From: Eledone cirrhosa
Taxonomy: Eukaryota
NCBI GenBank assembly: GCA_964016885.1
Contig: OZ024740.1
Location: forward strand, 301,754,001 to 301,818,000
Length of the DNA: 64,000 nt
Reading direction: 5' to 3'
Shown piece by piece: positions 25,557 to 38,789 of the stretch. Under the pieces are notes generated by a model, which saw nothing but the letters and a program-made list of their open reading frames with translations, was not told the origin of the DNA and ran no database searches. Position 1 is the stretch's first letter, and each line of letters starts with the position of its first letter. The translations under genes and the position numbers were made by a program.

Positions 25557-27299
25557 GACTTATTTCATGTGCGGCATTTGCTGTTTTATATTCTGCATCA
25601 CTTACTGGTGTAGAAACAGGAAGAATGTTCGTGTAATTAGGTTATTGATTGTGCTAATATTGTGTGTATTGACGGAGAGGGTCACATTTCTGAGTGCATG
25701 CGCTATTCGTTTGGTGCTCGTATGTAGATTATTATTCTTAGGAAATTGTTAGCAGAAAAATACTATTCAATAATTTCAATTAATTGCTTGATTCTATTTA
25801 TATAAATATTCCCAACTTTATTTAAGATACACTGTAGCAATCTTTGTTCGTATATATTTGATTACATATTTATTGATATATTGCTTGACGCAATAGTTAG
25901 TCTGTATAACAGAAGCCCAATTATTACAAAACGATATCTATTAATTCTAATTCTAGAATTTCTTTGCTAGTAAAGGTTTATTTTCATCCATATCCTATTC
26001 AGTGTGTATAACTAGTGATGAATGTATATTACTGTTCATTTGCTTAGTGGACTGTAATATAATTATTTTCTTATACGGTTTGTAATTCTTTTGTTTACTA
26101 TTTATATTCGGAATATTTTAATGTTGTAAATGTCTTATTGTCTAAGTTGTTTGTTTAGCTGACTTTCTTTTATCCAGGTTATTGATTGAACCTATTTCTG
26201 CTTGATTATTACTCTGGGAAGTTTTTTTATCCTGCTAAGCAAATTTCATTATGTACATGAGTGTATGAATAATATGGGCTTACATTGATGTGTTTGTATA
26301 ATCTCATTCATATCAGAGAGGTGCTCCGACCCATACAGATACTATATTTATTGTAATATATTACATATGTGGGTACAATGCGGGTATATGGAAATGTATT
26401 CCCCTGGTTGTCATTTGAGCAAACGCTGCACTTTATGGGAAAGTAATCAGGTATTTCTTTGCATTTCCATTATTTTGCTCGTGAGCCTTTAATATATATG
26501 TTGATTAGAACAAGACTTGCATGATATGATTTTGGTAGAGTTTCAACCAGGCAATTAGAGTTTCTACATAACAATTTTGTCGATATTAATATATTATTGA
26601 TGTTCTTGTTTACATTGGAAGTCTACGGTAAAATTTTATTTTTCATTTGTTTTGTTTTTACCAACGTTTTTTTTTACCAAATCCTTCTTTCAAAAAATAG
26701 CGTGCCTCTCTTGATTCCCAACAAATATTAACTCATAATATTTGCGCCAAAGGCACAAATATCATATTTAGCTTTTGAAAAACAACACAAAATATGGATA
26801 AAAGACACTTCCCACCCACGTGCCAGAGAGCGAAACGTTTGCATATATATATATATATAAATGTATCTACACTTTATACGTAAAACTAAAGATGAATTAT
26901 ACCACTACCTCCAAAATTATCACCAACAGCATTACAGAATATACCCATATCGCAACCGATAACACTATCACCAAAATTGCAACAAGAGCAGCATAGTAGC
27001 AATAAAACTAAAACTAACAAAAAACGGCCACGACAAATTCTATACAATAAAATATGCACTGACGCAAATTAGAATAGAGAGAGTAACCACAGTAACAACA
27101 ATGATAGAGGCAACAACAGATTCAAAATAAACGCATACATATCAACCGCGTATACTACAGAATCCCTTGAAACAAGCCGTTTCCGTAACAGGGGCAAAAC
27201 AATAAACGGATAAAATAACTGTCAACAAAATTGGTATAAAAATGCAAAGCAGATGCTTAAGAGAAGGTGTCACACAATACGCCTTACACCTCCAAAGAC

Positions 27300-27700
27300 A
27301 TATTGGTAAAGGCAGTATGTTACCGTGCATTTGAAGGGAAGTCACGCCAGGTTGAACGTGCAACTGAACCCCAGATCAAAAAGCTTTGGCTTGAATATGG
27401 GAACCCAAACTTTATAACCCTCGAGGCAAGATATTGGGGACGCTAGGTGTATTCCTAAAAAACCCAGAGCAAGCCAGACAACATTACCTCGCGTAATTCA
27501 TTAGAGAAGAACTTACGAGGTACTGAGGCCAAAATTGGCAAATATCAGATTGACTTAGGTGCCACCCACAATAGCTGTTTCTTGACTATAGACAGCTGTT
27601 TTCATGGTCCGAGAGCATAGTACGTGCATTCTAGATGTAAAAATAATAAACCTGGGAAACTGGACAGTATCAGGAATTGAAATACTCATCACCGAATGAA
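27300..27700 (-). mobile_element. Possible decayed ORF1 (gag-like) of an I/Nimb-group LINE
   Basis: Only fragmentary motifs in different frames: FPRFIIFTS, VAPKSI, GYKVWVPIFKPK. Confidence 0.3.
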
Positions 27701-29518
27701 TATAGTGGGGTGATCCCCGACATAATAGATTGTTTTCAGGGCAACCCCCTCCTCGTAATTAGCGAAGACAGAAGAACAAAGTGCCACCTCAAAGCTGTCT
27801 AACCTCAACAAACTACATAGGAAAGAAGGATGCCGCTACTTCCTCCCTCAAATTCCATTCTGTCAGCAAATCAACCATCACAAACCACACATCGACAAAA
27901 AGCCTGATACCAACGACGACTGTAGCGCTAATTAAATTTCTCACATCAGTGATATCATTTGTTTCTATGTAATTCACTTCAGTTGCTAACCGACTTCTCC
28001 CTATAGTCTAAAATTAGGGGGCGTCTTATTAAATGCAGGATAATTAAACAGGTCTCCCTATCTTTTGATGATCAATATTGTTTCTTCTTTTTTTATCATT
28101 TTCATTTTCATTAGCGCTTTTAATGTGCCATCGTAAGTCACTTGATTTCCCACCCGCATCACAATTAGTAGTTCATCATTCTCCCTTATCAGCCTTTTGG
28201 GAGGCTAATTCTTCCTCAGTTGAGTCATTTTCTTTATAATCATCATGTTTCCCAGTTTCTTCATTCGCATCAACTAAGTTACCTTCAGCAATAACATTCA
28301 TACTTTCAACATCAATTTACTGGGCTTCTAATTCAACCTTGGTAAGACAACTACTCCGCCTAATTTTCCTTATCTGTAGCATCAGATTATCTTCGCTGAT
28401 TTCAAACATTCCAATGATGAAGCAACCGTTCACCGACACCATCGTCTCCTACCCCTTTCTTCGCAAGAATATGACAGGCTAGTACCCTCTGAGGCGAGCT
28501 GTTAACAGCTCCACTTCAGTGCCCTGCCTGATGGCTTCACCATTGGTTGCATCCAAGAGATTCCCTTCAAGAGTTCCCCCACCCCATAGTAGTTTGAATT
28601 CATATATCTTTTTCCTGTCATCTTCATGAGATTTACATATATGAGGTTGCGCAACTACCAGTGCTTTTATTGAGTACACCACCACTAGGATCGTCACCTA
28701 AATACACCCTCCTGACATTTTGGTTGTTGCGTTTATTGATTTTGTTGTTTCCGCTGTTGCTGCGGGCTTTTCCAGCTATCACTAATACAGTCACTCTTCT
28801 GGTGTGGTTGGTAGTGCTGGTGCACGTGGGGTTGAGTAGGGTGGTTGTGGTGTTGGTGTTTGTCGCTGTTTTTGTTTTTCCAAAGTTTTGTTGTCGTGTA
28901 ACTAATACCGCTTGTTTTCCCACGATGAAGGTTAGGATGTCTAGTTTATAAATAGATTACTGTCGAGTTTTCCTTTCAAATTATTGCTGTCGTCATTTTT
29001 GTCTTTACCATAGAAAAGGGGGTTGGCAAATTTTGGTTTTCGTTATTATTTTTGATAATTTCCTAATTGTTGCTGATTTTGTTTCTATTGTTGCTTTTCT
29101 TGTTTTTGTTATTATCAGGGATCGACAACTTTACCTCTGTGAATGCTACTTTCTCCTCAATATTTTAACAGGCCGTTTGGAGTTTCAACATTTCGAAGAG
29201 CAGCATCTATTTTCATTGAGATGTTCTGTATATTCTGACTAATTTACTCACCTATAGTTTGCTGGTCCCTATATGGTGAGCAAATAGACGGTCTCTATTG
29301 ACTGCTATTTATAATGACAGTTTGGACTCCGTTTTTACTAATATTTACATTGTTGATAGATCTACGTATGCACCCAAGATTAATTTCTTACACTACGCGA
29401 GTTCAATTGAGACAGAAAATAATTTAACGGCTAGATATAACTTTGATAACTTTAAAAATTCCTCTGAATATAAATCTACTCTATTAACGACAGCAATATC
29501 AATCCCTAGAATGGGTAT

Positions 29519-29589
<71 letters not shown>

Positions 29590-29597
<8 letters not shown>

Positions 29598-30027
29598 AAT
29601 AGAGGTGTAACACACGAGTTGTGATATATTAGTAAAAGGAAAAGAAAATGCTGACAAATATTTCCCAGTGAAAAATAGTTTAATTAGGAATAAGTATAAA
29701 TTAGTAATAAGTATTGGTTAGTATTCAGTTTTAGTTTTAAGTTTTTACCGGTTGCGCATTTCTAATGCTTTTCAAAAAATAATTTTGAGATAGAGCGCTC
29801 GTGATGTTTGCTCTAATCTGTTTGCTCTAATCAGATTAGAGCAAACATCACGAGCCCTCTATCTCAAAATTATTTTTGAAAAGTATTAGAAATGCGCAAC
29901 CGGTAAAAACTTAAAACTAAAACTGAATACTAACCAATACTTATTACTAATTTATACTTATTCCTAATTAAACTATTTTTCACTGGGAAAAATGTGTCAG
30001 CCTTTTCTTTTCCTTTTACTAATATAT
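29590..30027. mobile_element. ORF-less fold-back of the Neptune-like pLTR family
   Basis: Arms ~29625-29820 and ~29832-30027 are inverted and homologous to 37053-37292. Confidence 0.9.
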
Positions 30028-30697
30028 ATATATATACATACATAAGCATGAATGTATAGACATTAAAATGCAGTCGCAACGGAGATGTACGATTCTACCC
30101 TGAGAGAAATTCATTAACAACGAAACTCCTTCCATTTAACGAGACACTTTTATACGACCAGAGATAATACGCCGTATGCGTTACGTAATTTCATAAAATC
30201 ATGCTTAGCCTCAGAAATCTCACACTCTGAATCGGACTGAGATATGCCTTATGAGAAAATCTTGTAATATATGAAATTCATGCAGAAAAAAACGAAAACA
30301 ACATTCCCGTTTGGAAAAAAAACTAGTAATTGTCTTTGATAAGGTAAATGATTATTTACTTAGTTCCTCAATTTCTATTCTAAAATTGCCTATATAATCT
30401 AAAAAGTATTTTATAGAATTGTTTGTTAGCATTCCAAAATAATTTTCGCCACCTACCTCAACTAAACCTAGGCGTTACCGACACAATATATGGAACTATG
30501 TTTTCATGCCGCTTGAGGATAAAACATCTCATTTGGAAAGAGATCTGAATGAATACACAAGTCATTTCTTTGATATGAAATTACATTGCTTGAAAAATAT
30601 TCTCGAGGTACAAAGGAAGACTGCATAATGAATTGGGTAGACACTTCTTTCATTTGCACACGCACAGAAAAACACACACACATACACAAACACACAC

Positions 30698-30777
<80 letters not shown>

Positions 30778-30986
30778 TATATATGTATATATATATACAG
30801 AGAGAGAGAAAGAGAGAAATATGTATGCGTGTATAAATGTGAATGTGTGCGTGTTTGTTACTTTGTTTGTAAGGCCGTGTGAGAGTAAGCTTGAGTATTA
30901 AGCATCTTACAATGAGCAAGTGATGTTTTGAATTCCTTGCGTTGGATGATGCAAAGCGTAATGAAACTAACATTTCTACATTATTT

Positions 30987-31600
30987 GGTGGTGGATTCGT
31001 AGTATCGGTAGAAGGTCGGATGCCATTCCTTGCAGCATAGAGTTACGCCCGTTCACGGTCTGTGTTCAAATCACACCGAGGTTTACTTTGCCTTTCATCC
31101 TTACGGGGTCGATAAAATAAAGTACCAGTAATGCACTGGGTAATTGCTGGCCTTGTGCCTAACGTAGAAACAATTATTAGGTGGTGGATTGGCAGTATCG
31201 GTAGAGGGTCGGACGTCATGCTTTGACGCATTGAGTTACGGCCCTTGCCATTCTGAGTTCAAATCCCGCCGAGGTTAACTTTGCCTTTCATCGTTACGGG
31301 GTCGATAAAATAAAGTACCAGTAATACACTGGATATTTGCTGGCCTTGTGCCAAAAGTAGAAACAATTATTAGGTGGTGTATTGGCAGTATTGGTAGAAG
31401 ATCGGACCCCATGCTTACAGCATAGTTACCTCCCTTTACGTTATGAGTTCAAATCTCGCCAAGGTTAACTTTGTCTTTCATTCTTACGGGGTCGATAAAA
31501 TAAAGTACCAGTCACGATACTCGCCTTGTGCGCCAAAAGTAGTATCAGTCACGCACTGTGATAATACTGGCCTTGTGCGCCAAAAGTAGAAACTTTTATT
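30987..31600 (+). mobile_element. Three tandem tRNA-derived SINE copies (octopus OR-type-like)
   Basis: Units of ~192 bp start at 30987, 31180 and 31372. Each has an A-box-like tggcagtatcgg, a B box GTTCAAATC, and the core gcctttcatc..ggggtcgataaaataaagtaccag. Confidence 0.85.
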
Positions 31601-32097
31601 AGTTTCAATAAACCTATCCATGTTTATAAAATATTGTAATTCCGATAATTCGGAAATAAATATCGTGGAAGAATGCGATTTGATATTATATCATATTGTA
31701 TTTATATTTATGATGGTGCTTGATACTTACTGTGGAATTTTAGGGTTTGATATAACATGTTTTATTGTTGATGTATTATTATATAAAAGATTCTTCCTGG
31801 AGATAAACTGACACAATGCCCCTTCTTAATTCACCCACTCAACACATCTACTGTTTCAATAAAACGTGTTATATTTTATTAATTGATTTTCTCTATAAGA
31901 ATGAACGTTTCTAGAACAGAAATAATAGTTATGTTCATTTCTAAACTACTGTTAATACAAGTTCTAAAATGTATCTAAAATGCATCTATGTCAGGTCTGA
32001 TACTGCGTATGACGAAATATTTTGTTATTTTAATACTACCACGTATACCATGAAATCTTGTAAACAGCCTACAGACATCTAGCCAGAGCTCCCTCCC

Positions 32098-32136
<39 letters not shown>

Positions 32137-32197
32137 TTATATATATATATATTTATATATATATATTTATATATATATATTTATATATATATATATT

Positions 32198-32286
<89 letters not shown>

Positions 32287-32345
32287 ATATATTTACATAT
32301 ATATATATATATTTACATATATATATATATTTACATATATATATT

Positions 32346-32380
<35 letters not shown>

Positions 32381-32508
32381 ATATATATTTACATATATAT
32401 ATATATATTTACATATATATATATATATTTATATATATATATATTTATATATATATATATATTTACATATATATATATATATTTACATATATATATATAT
32501 ATATTTAC

Positions 32509-32564
<56 letters not shown>

Positions 32565-32659
32565 ATATATATATTTATTTATATATATATATCTATATAT
32601 ATATATTTATATATAAATTTTAATCATTTGACTTTTATTTAACTTTATTTTATATATAA

Positions 32660-32691
<32 letters not shown>

Positions 32692-32726
32692 ATATACATT
32701 TATATATATATATATATATTTATATA

Positions 32727-33075
32727 TAAAATAAAGTTAAATAAAAGTCAAATGATTAAAATTTAGCTTCGTTTATTACTGCTATATATATTTCAGTGAC
32801 AGCCATCTTTGGCTGTGACCTCTTCAGGCAGTTTGAATTAGTATGGTATAGACAAGTACATATGTTGTTTAGGTGTATAATATTGTCAATACTCTGATAT
32901 ACCCAGTTCCTTGTTGGGTTGTTAATTCACTGAGGAACTGGAGTCAAATCGCTTTATTTCACGATATTTATTTCCGAATTATCGGAATTACAATATTTTA
33001 TAAACATGGATAGGTTTATTGAAACGAAGCTAAATTTTAATCATTTGACTTTTATTTAACTTTATTTTATATAAA
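32727..33075 (-). mobile_element. Inverted copy of the 33600-33946 pLTR unit
   Basis: Near-identical reverse complement; contains an HHR at 32778-32832. Confidence 0.9.
32778..32832 (-). ncRNA. Type I minimal hammerhead ribozyme
   Basis: Mirror of 33841-33895. Confidence 0.9.
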
Positions 33076-33090
33076 TATATATATATATAT

Positions 33091-33598
33091 TTCGTTTCTG
33101 AATTTGTTTAGCAAGATTCTTTATCTGAAATCGTTTGTTGAAACCGATATTGTTATACTTTGGGAGGGTCATGTTGCCAATAAGAAACACATGCACCAGT
33201 GTTTTCACTTCAATTTATTATATATTTATAAATTTATAAATTTACAAATCTACAAACTTATAAATTTCTGGCTGGTTGGTTGGTTCCACAACCAGATAGT
33301 TGTTTATATATAGTCATAGTCCTTTCATCACACACTCTGTGACCCCTTCAGTGACTGGGGATTCCTTTCTTTGCTTCTGTGCCTTTCATTTCTTCTGTCC
33401 TACGCTATTTTGTTTATGTGTGTGTGTTGTGTGCTCAGTTTGCGCATGCGCCACATCCGGGTGTCTGTGTGTGTTTGTGTTCATTTATCTATTTGTTTAT
33501 TTATTTATTTATTTATTTATTTACATGTTGTTGGTTGGTTGTTTGTTCTATGTGTGTGTGTGTTTTCATTTTGTCCTTAATTGTAAGTTGTGATGTAT
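33091..33598 (-). mobile_element. pLTR fragment related to 57998-58312
   Basis: Shares the tail cctcccaaagtata(a/g)caata. An HHR-like CTGAAGG-ggtcaca/tgtgat-GAAA lies at ~33315-33358. Confidence 0.75.
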
Positions 33599-33599
33599 T

Positions 33600-34042
33600 T
33601 ATATAAAATAAAGTTAAATAAAAGCCAAATGATTAAAATTAAGCTTCGTTTCAATAAACCTATCCATGTTTATAAAATATTGTAATTCCGATAATTCGGA
33701 AATAAATATCGTGAAATAAAGCGATTTGACTCCAGTTCCTCAGTGAATTAACAAACCAACAAGGAACTGGGCATATCAGAGTATTGACAATATTATACAC
33801 CTAAACAACATATGTACTTGTCTATACCATACTAATTCAAACTGCCTGAAGAGGTCACAGCCAAAGATGGCTGTCACTGAAATATATATAGCAGTAATAA
33901 ACGAAGCTAAATTTTAATCATTTGACTTTTATTTAACTTTATTTTACACTACTCCGGAGTAACCAAACCAACCTGCGCACTTCGTCGAGTGCTCCAGCCT
34001 GCATACTGAGGTGTGGTATACAACCAACATAAACTCAAAATC
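33600..34042 (+). mobile_element. pLTR derivative with inverted tip and HHR
   Basis: 33603-33651 is inverted to 33899-33946; the body is homologous to 19610-19925. Confidence 0.85.
33841..33895 (+). ncRNA. Type I minimal hammerhead ribozyme
   Basis: actgc-CTGAAGA-ggtcacagcc/aaagat/ggctgtcact-GAAA-tatata-TA-gcagt; the core is canonical. Confidence 0.92.
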
Positions 34043-34106
34043 TATATATTTATATATATATATATATATTTATATAAATATATATATATATATATATCTA
34101 TATTTT

Positions 34107-34181
<75 letters not shown>

Positions 34182-34189
34182 ATATATTG

Positions 34190-34239
<50 letters not shown>

Positions 34240-34396
34240 ATTTATATATATATATATATTTATATATATTTATATATATATATATTTATATATATATATA
34301 TTTATATATATATATATTTATATATATTTATATATATATATATTTATATATATTTATATTTATATATATTTAAATATATATATATTTATATATATT

Positions 34397-34453
<57 letters not shown>

Positions 34454-34456
34454 ATT

Positions 34457-34532
<76 letters not shown>

Positions 34533-34544
34533 CATATATATATC

Positions 34545-34635
<91 letters not shown>

Positions 34636-34980
34636 ATATTTATTGGTAAACGGAATAGAAAATGCTGACAAATTGTTCACAGTTGAAAAATGGTTTAATT
34701 AGGAATAAAAGAGTATTAGTGATTGTATGGGTTAGTATTCAGTTGTGGTTTTAAGTTTTTAAGTTTTTACCGGTTGCGCATTTCTAAATGCTTTTCAAAA
34801 ATAATTTTGAGATAGAGTGTCCGTGCTGTTTGCTCTGATCTGATTAGTTTTGGGAATTCTACCTGTTTTTATGTTAAAAAAATGGCTCCAGCGTTATTTT
34901 TGTGTTGTAAAAATGCTTGTGGTCAAAACAATTTTGATTGGTCGGTAGAGGTCATGTGAATGTAAAAAGTCCTAAACAAA

Positions 34981-36087
34981 TTTGGAAACACCCTCCACTT
35001 ACACATTGAAAGGAACTGGAAGCGATATCTTGATGACTGCTTCATCCTTTGGCACGAAAACATCGAAAAACTTGAAGAATTTCACACCCTAATAAATGGG
35101 CTCAACACAAATATTAACTTCACGATGGAATACAGCCATCAACAACTCCCCTTCCTCGACATCCTCATTAAGATCCATAACAAAAAAATAGAAACAGACA
35201 TATACTACAAGCCCACAGACTCCAAGCAATACCTCCCCTTCAACTCTTGCCACCCTAGACACGTTAAAATTAATATTCCCTACAACTTAGCCAAGAGAAT
35301 CTGTACTATAGTCTCCAATAAAAACATCTGCTACTTACGGCTACAAGAACTAAAGGACACACTCATAGGCAGGGACTACCCTGCATCACTAATTGACAAT
35401 GGAATCCAACGTGCCCTAAAACTCAGTACCCAGGACCTTAGACACCCTAAAGTAAATCAACCAAAACTAAAAGCTCTTCCATACATCTCCACACACAACC
35501 CCCTCAACAACGAGGCCTTTGACACCATCCTCCAGAACATCCCTGTATTGAAAAAGGACCATAGAATGAACCAAATTCTACGAACACACGATATCATAAA
35601 GAGCAAAAGACAATCCAAGTCAATGAAAAACATCTTAACACATGCCAAAGTACTGCCAACCACAACAACGAAACCCACAGTAAAAAAATGCGATAGACCC
35701 AACTGTGGCATTTGCATCAACCTAATAGAGGGTTCGGAATTCTATTTCAAAGATGGACAACGTTTTATAGTAAAACACAATTTCACATGTGCATCGGAAA
35801 ATTTAATATATGTATTAACTTGTTCAGGTTGTCGAGAACAATACATAGGCCAGACCAAAAACAGCCTCCGCCAACGCATGACTGTCCATAGATCCCAAAT
35901 TAAAATACGGGAATACAGGAAAATACCACTGAGTGAACACATTGATACCTGCGCCGCCCAAAATCATCCCAACTTCAGAATCTTTCCCCTCTACAAATTT
36001 AAAGATAATGCCACCCACACCCAGCGCATCAGCAAGGAATCTCACTTCATTAACAAATACGGACCCCGTCTAAACACTTCTCCCTAA
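34981..36087 (+). pseudogene. PLE ORF: RT C-terminal half, thumb, Cys linker, GIY-YIG endonuclease
   Basis: Uninterrupted frame: WKRYLDDCF, FTME..LPFLD, YYKPTD..YL..SCHPRH, CDRPNCGIC, FTCASENLIYVLTCSGC..YIGQT..LRQR..H, P-LN. Confidence 0.95.
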
Positions 36088-36265
36088 GACGAACCCACAA
36101 CATACACACGTCAACATACATACCTACATCAGCACACATCTCTACCCACATATAAACACAATGACACACGTAAACACACATGCTCTATGGTGCAATACAA
36201 AAAAATATATGTGCATATATATGTATGTATATATGTATATATATATATATATATATGTAGTGAAA

Positions 36266-36297
<32 letters not shown>

Positions 36298-36510
36298 ATA
36301 TATGTATATAGTGAATATCATTTCACACCTTTTATTGTTAAGATTGTTGATGTTCTATTAAGAGAACCGATTTTACTGAAAAAATCGAATAATGTACACC
36401 ATTTTACCAGGGGGGAAAAAAATACTGGTCCACCCACACACGCACACACACACACACACACATATATACACAAACACATACACACGCGTACATCAACATA
36501 CAAAGAGACT

Positions 36511-36547
<37 letters not shown>

Positions 36548-36613
36548 TTCTCCGTATAAGACAAAAGCTGAAAAATATCTTTTGACCTTCGAATGATTCT
36601 GCTGTGTGTATGT

Positions 36614-36651
<38 letters not shown>

Positions 36652-36720
36652 ATCTTAATAGCCATTTGACACACATCGCTGGTGGCTATTGTCGCAGCAT
36701 CGAACACCTTACTACTACTA

Positions 36721-36771
<51 letters not shown>

Positions 36772-37090
36772 TTTGTTGTGAAAGAGTCATTTCTCAATCT
36801 TGGCGCAAAACCAATTTTTTATCCACATGACCTCTACCGACCAATCAAAATTGTTTTGACCATAATTTTTGCTGGAGCCACTTTTCTAACATTTTAACAT
36901 AAAAACAGTCTTGGCGCAAAATCAACTTTTTACATTCACATGACCTCTACCGACCAATCAAAATTGTTTTGACCACAAGCATTTTTACAACACAAAAATA
37001 ACGCTGGAGCCATTTTTTTAACATAAAAACAGGTAGAATTCCCAAAACTAATCAGATCAGAGCAAACAGCACGGACACTCTATCTCAAAA

Positions 37091-37133
37091 TTATTTTTGA
37101 AAAGCATTTAGAAATGCGCAACCGGTAAAAACT
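37091..37133 (+). ncRNA. HHR-like motif with atypical core (also at 34763-34805(-), 29740-29782(-), 29870-29911, 56030-56073)
   Basis: ttt-TTGAAAA-gcattt/ag/aaatgc-GCAA-ccgg-TA-aaa; stem I is weak. Confidence 0.5.
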
Positions 37134-37350
37134 TAAAAACTTAAAACCACAACTGAATACTAACCCATACAATCACTAATACTCTTTTATTCCTAATTAA
37201 ACCATTTTTCAACTGTGAACAATTTGTCAGCATTTTCTATTCCGTTTACCAATATATAATAACTTGTGTGTTACACCTCTATTCTTTTAACTATATATAT
37301 TTATATATATATATATATTTATATTTAATATATATATATATATTTATATT

Positions 37351-37402
<52 letters not shown>

Positions 37403-37466
37403 AACATTTATTTATATATATGTATTTATATATATATATATTTATATTCATATATCTATATATATT

Positions 37467-37517
<51 letters not shown>

Positions 37518-37536
37518 ATATTTATACATATATATT

Positions 37537-37569
<33 letters not shown>

Positions 37570-37656
37570 ATATTTATTTATATATATATATATATATTTA
37601 TTTATATATATATATATATTTATTTATATATATATATATTTATTTATATATATATA

Positions 37657-37702
<46 letters not shown>

Positions 37703-37737
37703 ATAAATAATAAAGAACGCTTATAGCATATGCATAT

Positions 37738-37795
37738 CTTTACTTGCTAACATTGTTTCATCCGCACTATAAGTGGGACTCATCAGAGCATAAAG
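37738..37795 (-). ncRNA. Type I minimal hammerhead ribozyme
   Basis: Reverse complement: ctttatgct-CTGATGA-gtcccac/ttata/gtgcggat-GAAA-caatg-TT-agcaagtaaag. Confidence 0.85.
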
Positions 37796-37992
37796 GTTAA
37801 TTACATACCATACAAGCAATAACAAATCCAAGACATTGAAGAATGAAAGGTAATAATAGACGATAAAGGATAAGAATAAAAATAAAAGTAAAAATAAAAA
37901 TAAAAATAAAAATAAAAATAAAAATAAAAATAAGGGGTGCTATCAATCACAGTTGGGCGGGGTGCTGTTAACATATAGTTACATACAAGCAT

Positions 37993-38082
37993 ACACATGG
38001 ATAAGAGAACAGACAAGAGTAGACACATGGATAAGAGAACAGACAAGAGTAGACACATGGATAAGAGAACAGACAAGAGTAG
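37993..38082. repeat. 30-bp tandem repeat, 3 copies
   Basis: acacatggataagagaacagacaagagtag repeated three times. Confidence 0.95.
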
Positions 38083-38409
38083 ATAAGATAATGGGATTAG
38101 GTAAGAGTAGGTAAAAAATAGGTAAAAAATAGGTGAAAAACAGACTTATAATATATATAAAAAGAAATACAAAGAAATACATAACAAACTTACATATAAA
38201 ATATAGGGTAAGGAATGAGATAAAATAATATAAAATAAAAAATAAAAAATAAAAAATTAAAAATTAAAAATTATATACATAGAACATAATATAATATAAT
38301 CGTAAAATAAGATAAAATAAGGTAAACTAAAATCAAATAACATAGACTAAATTAAAATAATATAATATAAGATATAATTAAATGTATAATTAAATGTAAT
38401 TAAATGTAA

Positions 38410-38449
<40 letters not shown>

Positions 38450-38656
38450 AAATTAAGAATTAAATAAATAAATAAAATTAAAATTTAAATTTTAAAATTA
38501 AAATTTAAATTTAAATTTAAATAAATAAATAAATAAATAAATGGAGTCAAGTAAGTAAATAAATAAAATTAGATAACATGAAATGAAGTAAAATAAAATG
38601 AAATAAAGTAAATTGAGATAATATATATATATTTTTAGAATATATCTCTTGAATAT

Positions 38657-38789
38657 ATCAGGGGCCCACGAAGGCACTAAGTGTCACAGTTATGTGTATC
38701 ACTTGACCAATTTTTTAAAATATATTTCTTGAAAACATCAGGGGCCCACGAAGGCACTAAGTGTCACAGTCACCAGTATCACTTGACCA
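38657..38789. repeat. ~80-bp period direct repeat, 2 copies
   Basis: atcaggggcccacgaaggcactaagtgtcacagt..gtatcacttgacca occurs twice. Confidence 0.9.

Larger units (their letters stand above)
34641..37292 (+). mobile_element. 5'-truncated Neptune-like PLE with inverted pLTR
   Basis: 34641-34969 is the reverse complement of ~36925-37255. The element has (TA)n on both sides. Confidence 0.92.

Noticed and set aside
28633-28951. Overlapping ORFs on both strands as a host gene
   Set aside because: They are low-complexity with no recognisable domain, and probably TE-derived.
37993-38082. 30-bp repeats as a CRISPR array
   Set aside because: They are contiguous tandem copies with no spacers, in a eukaryotic context.
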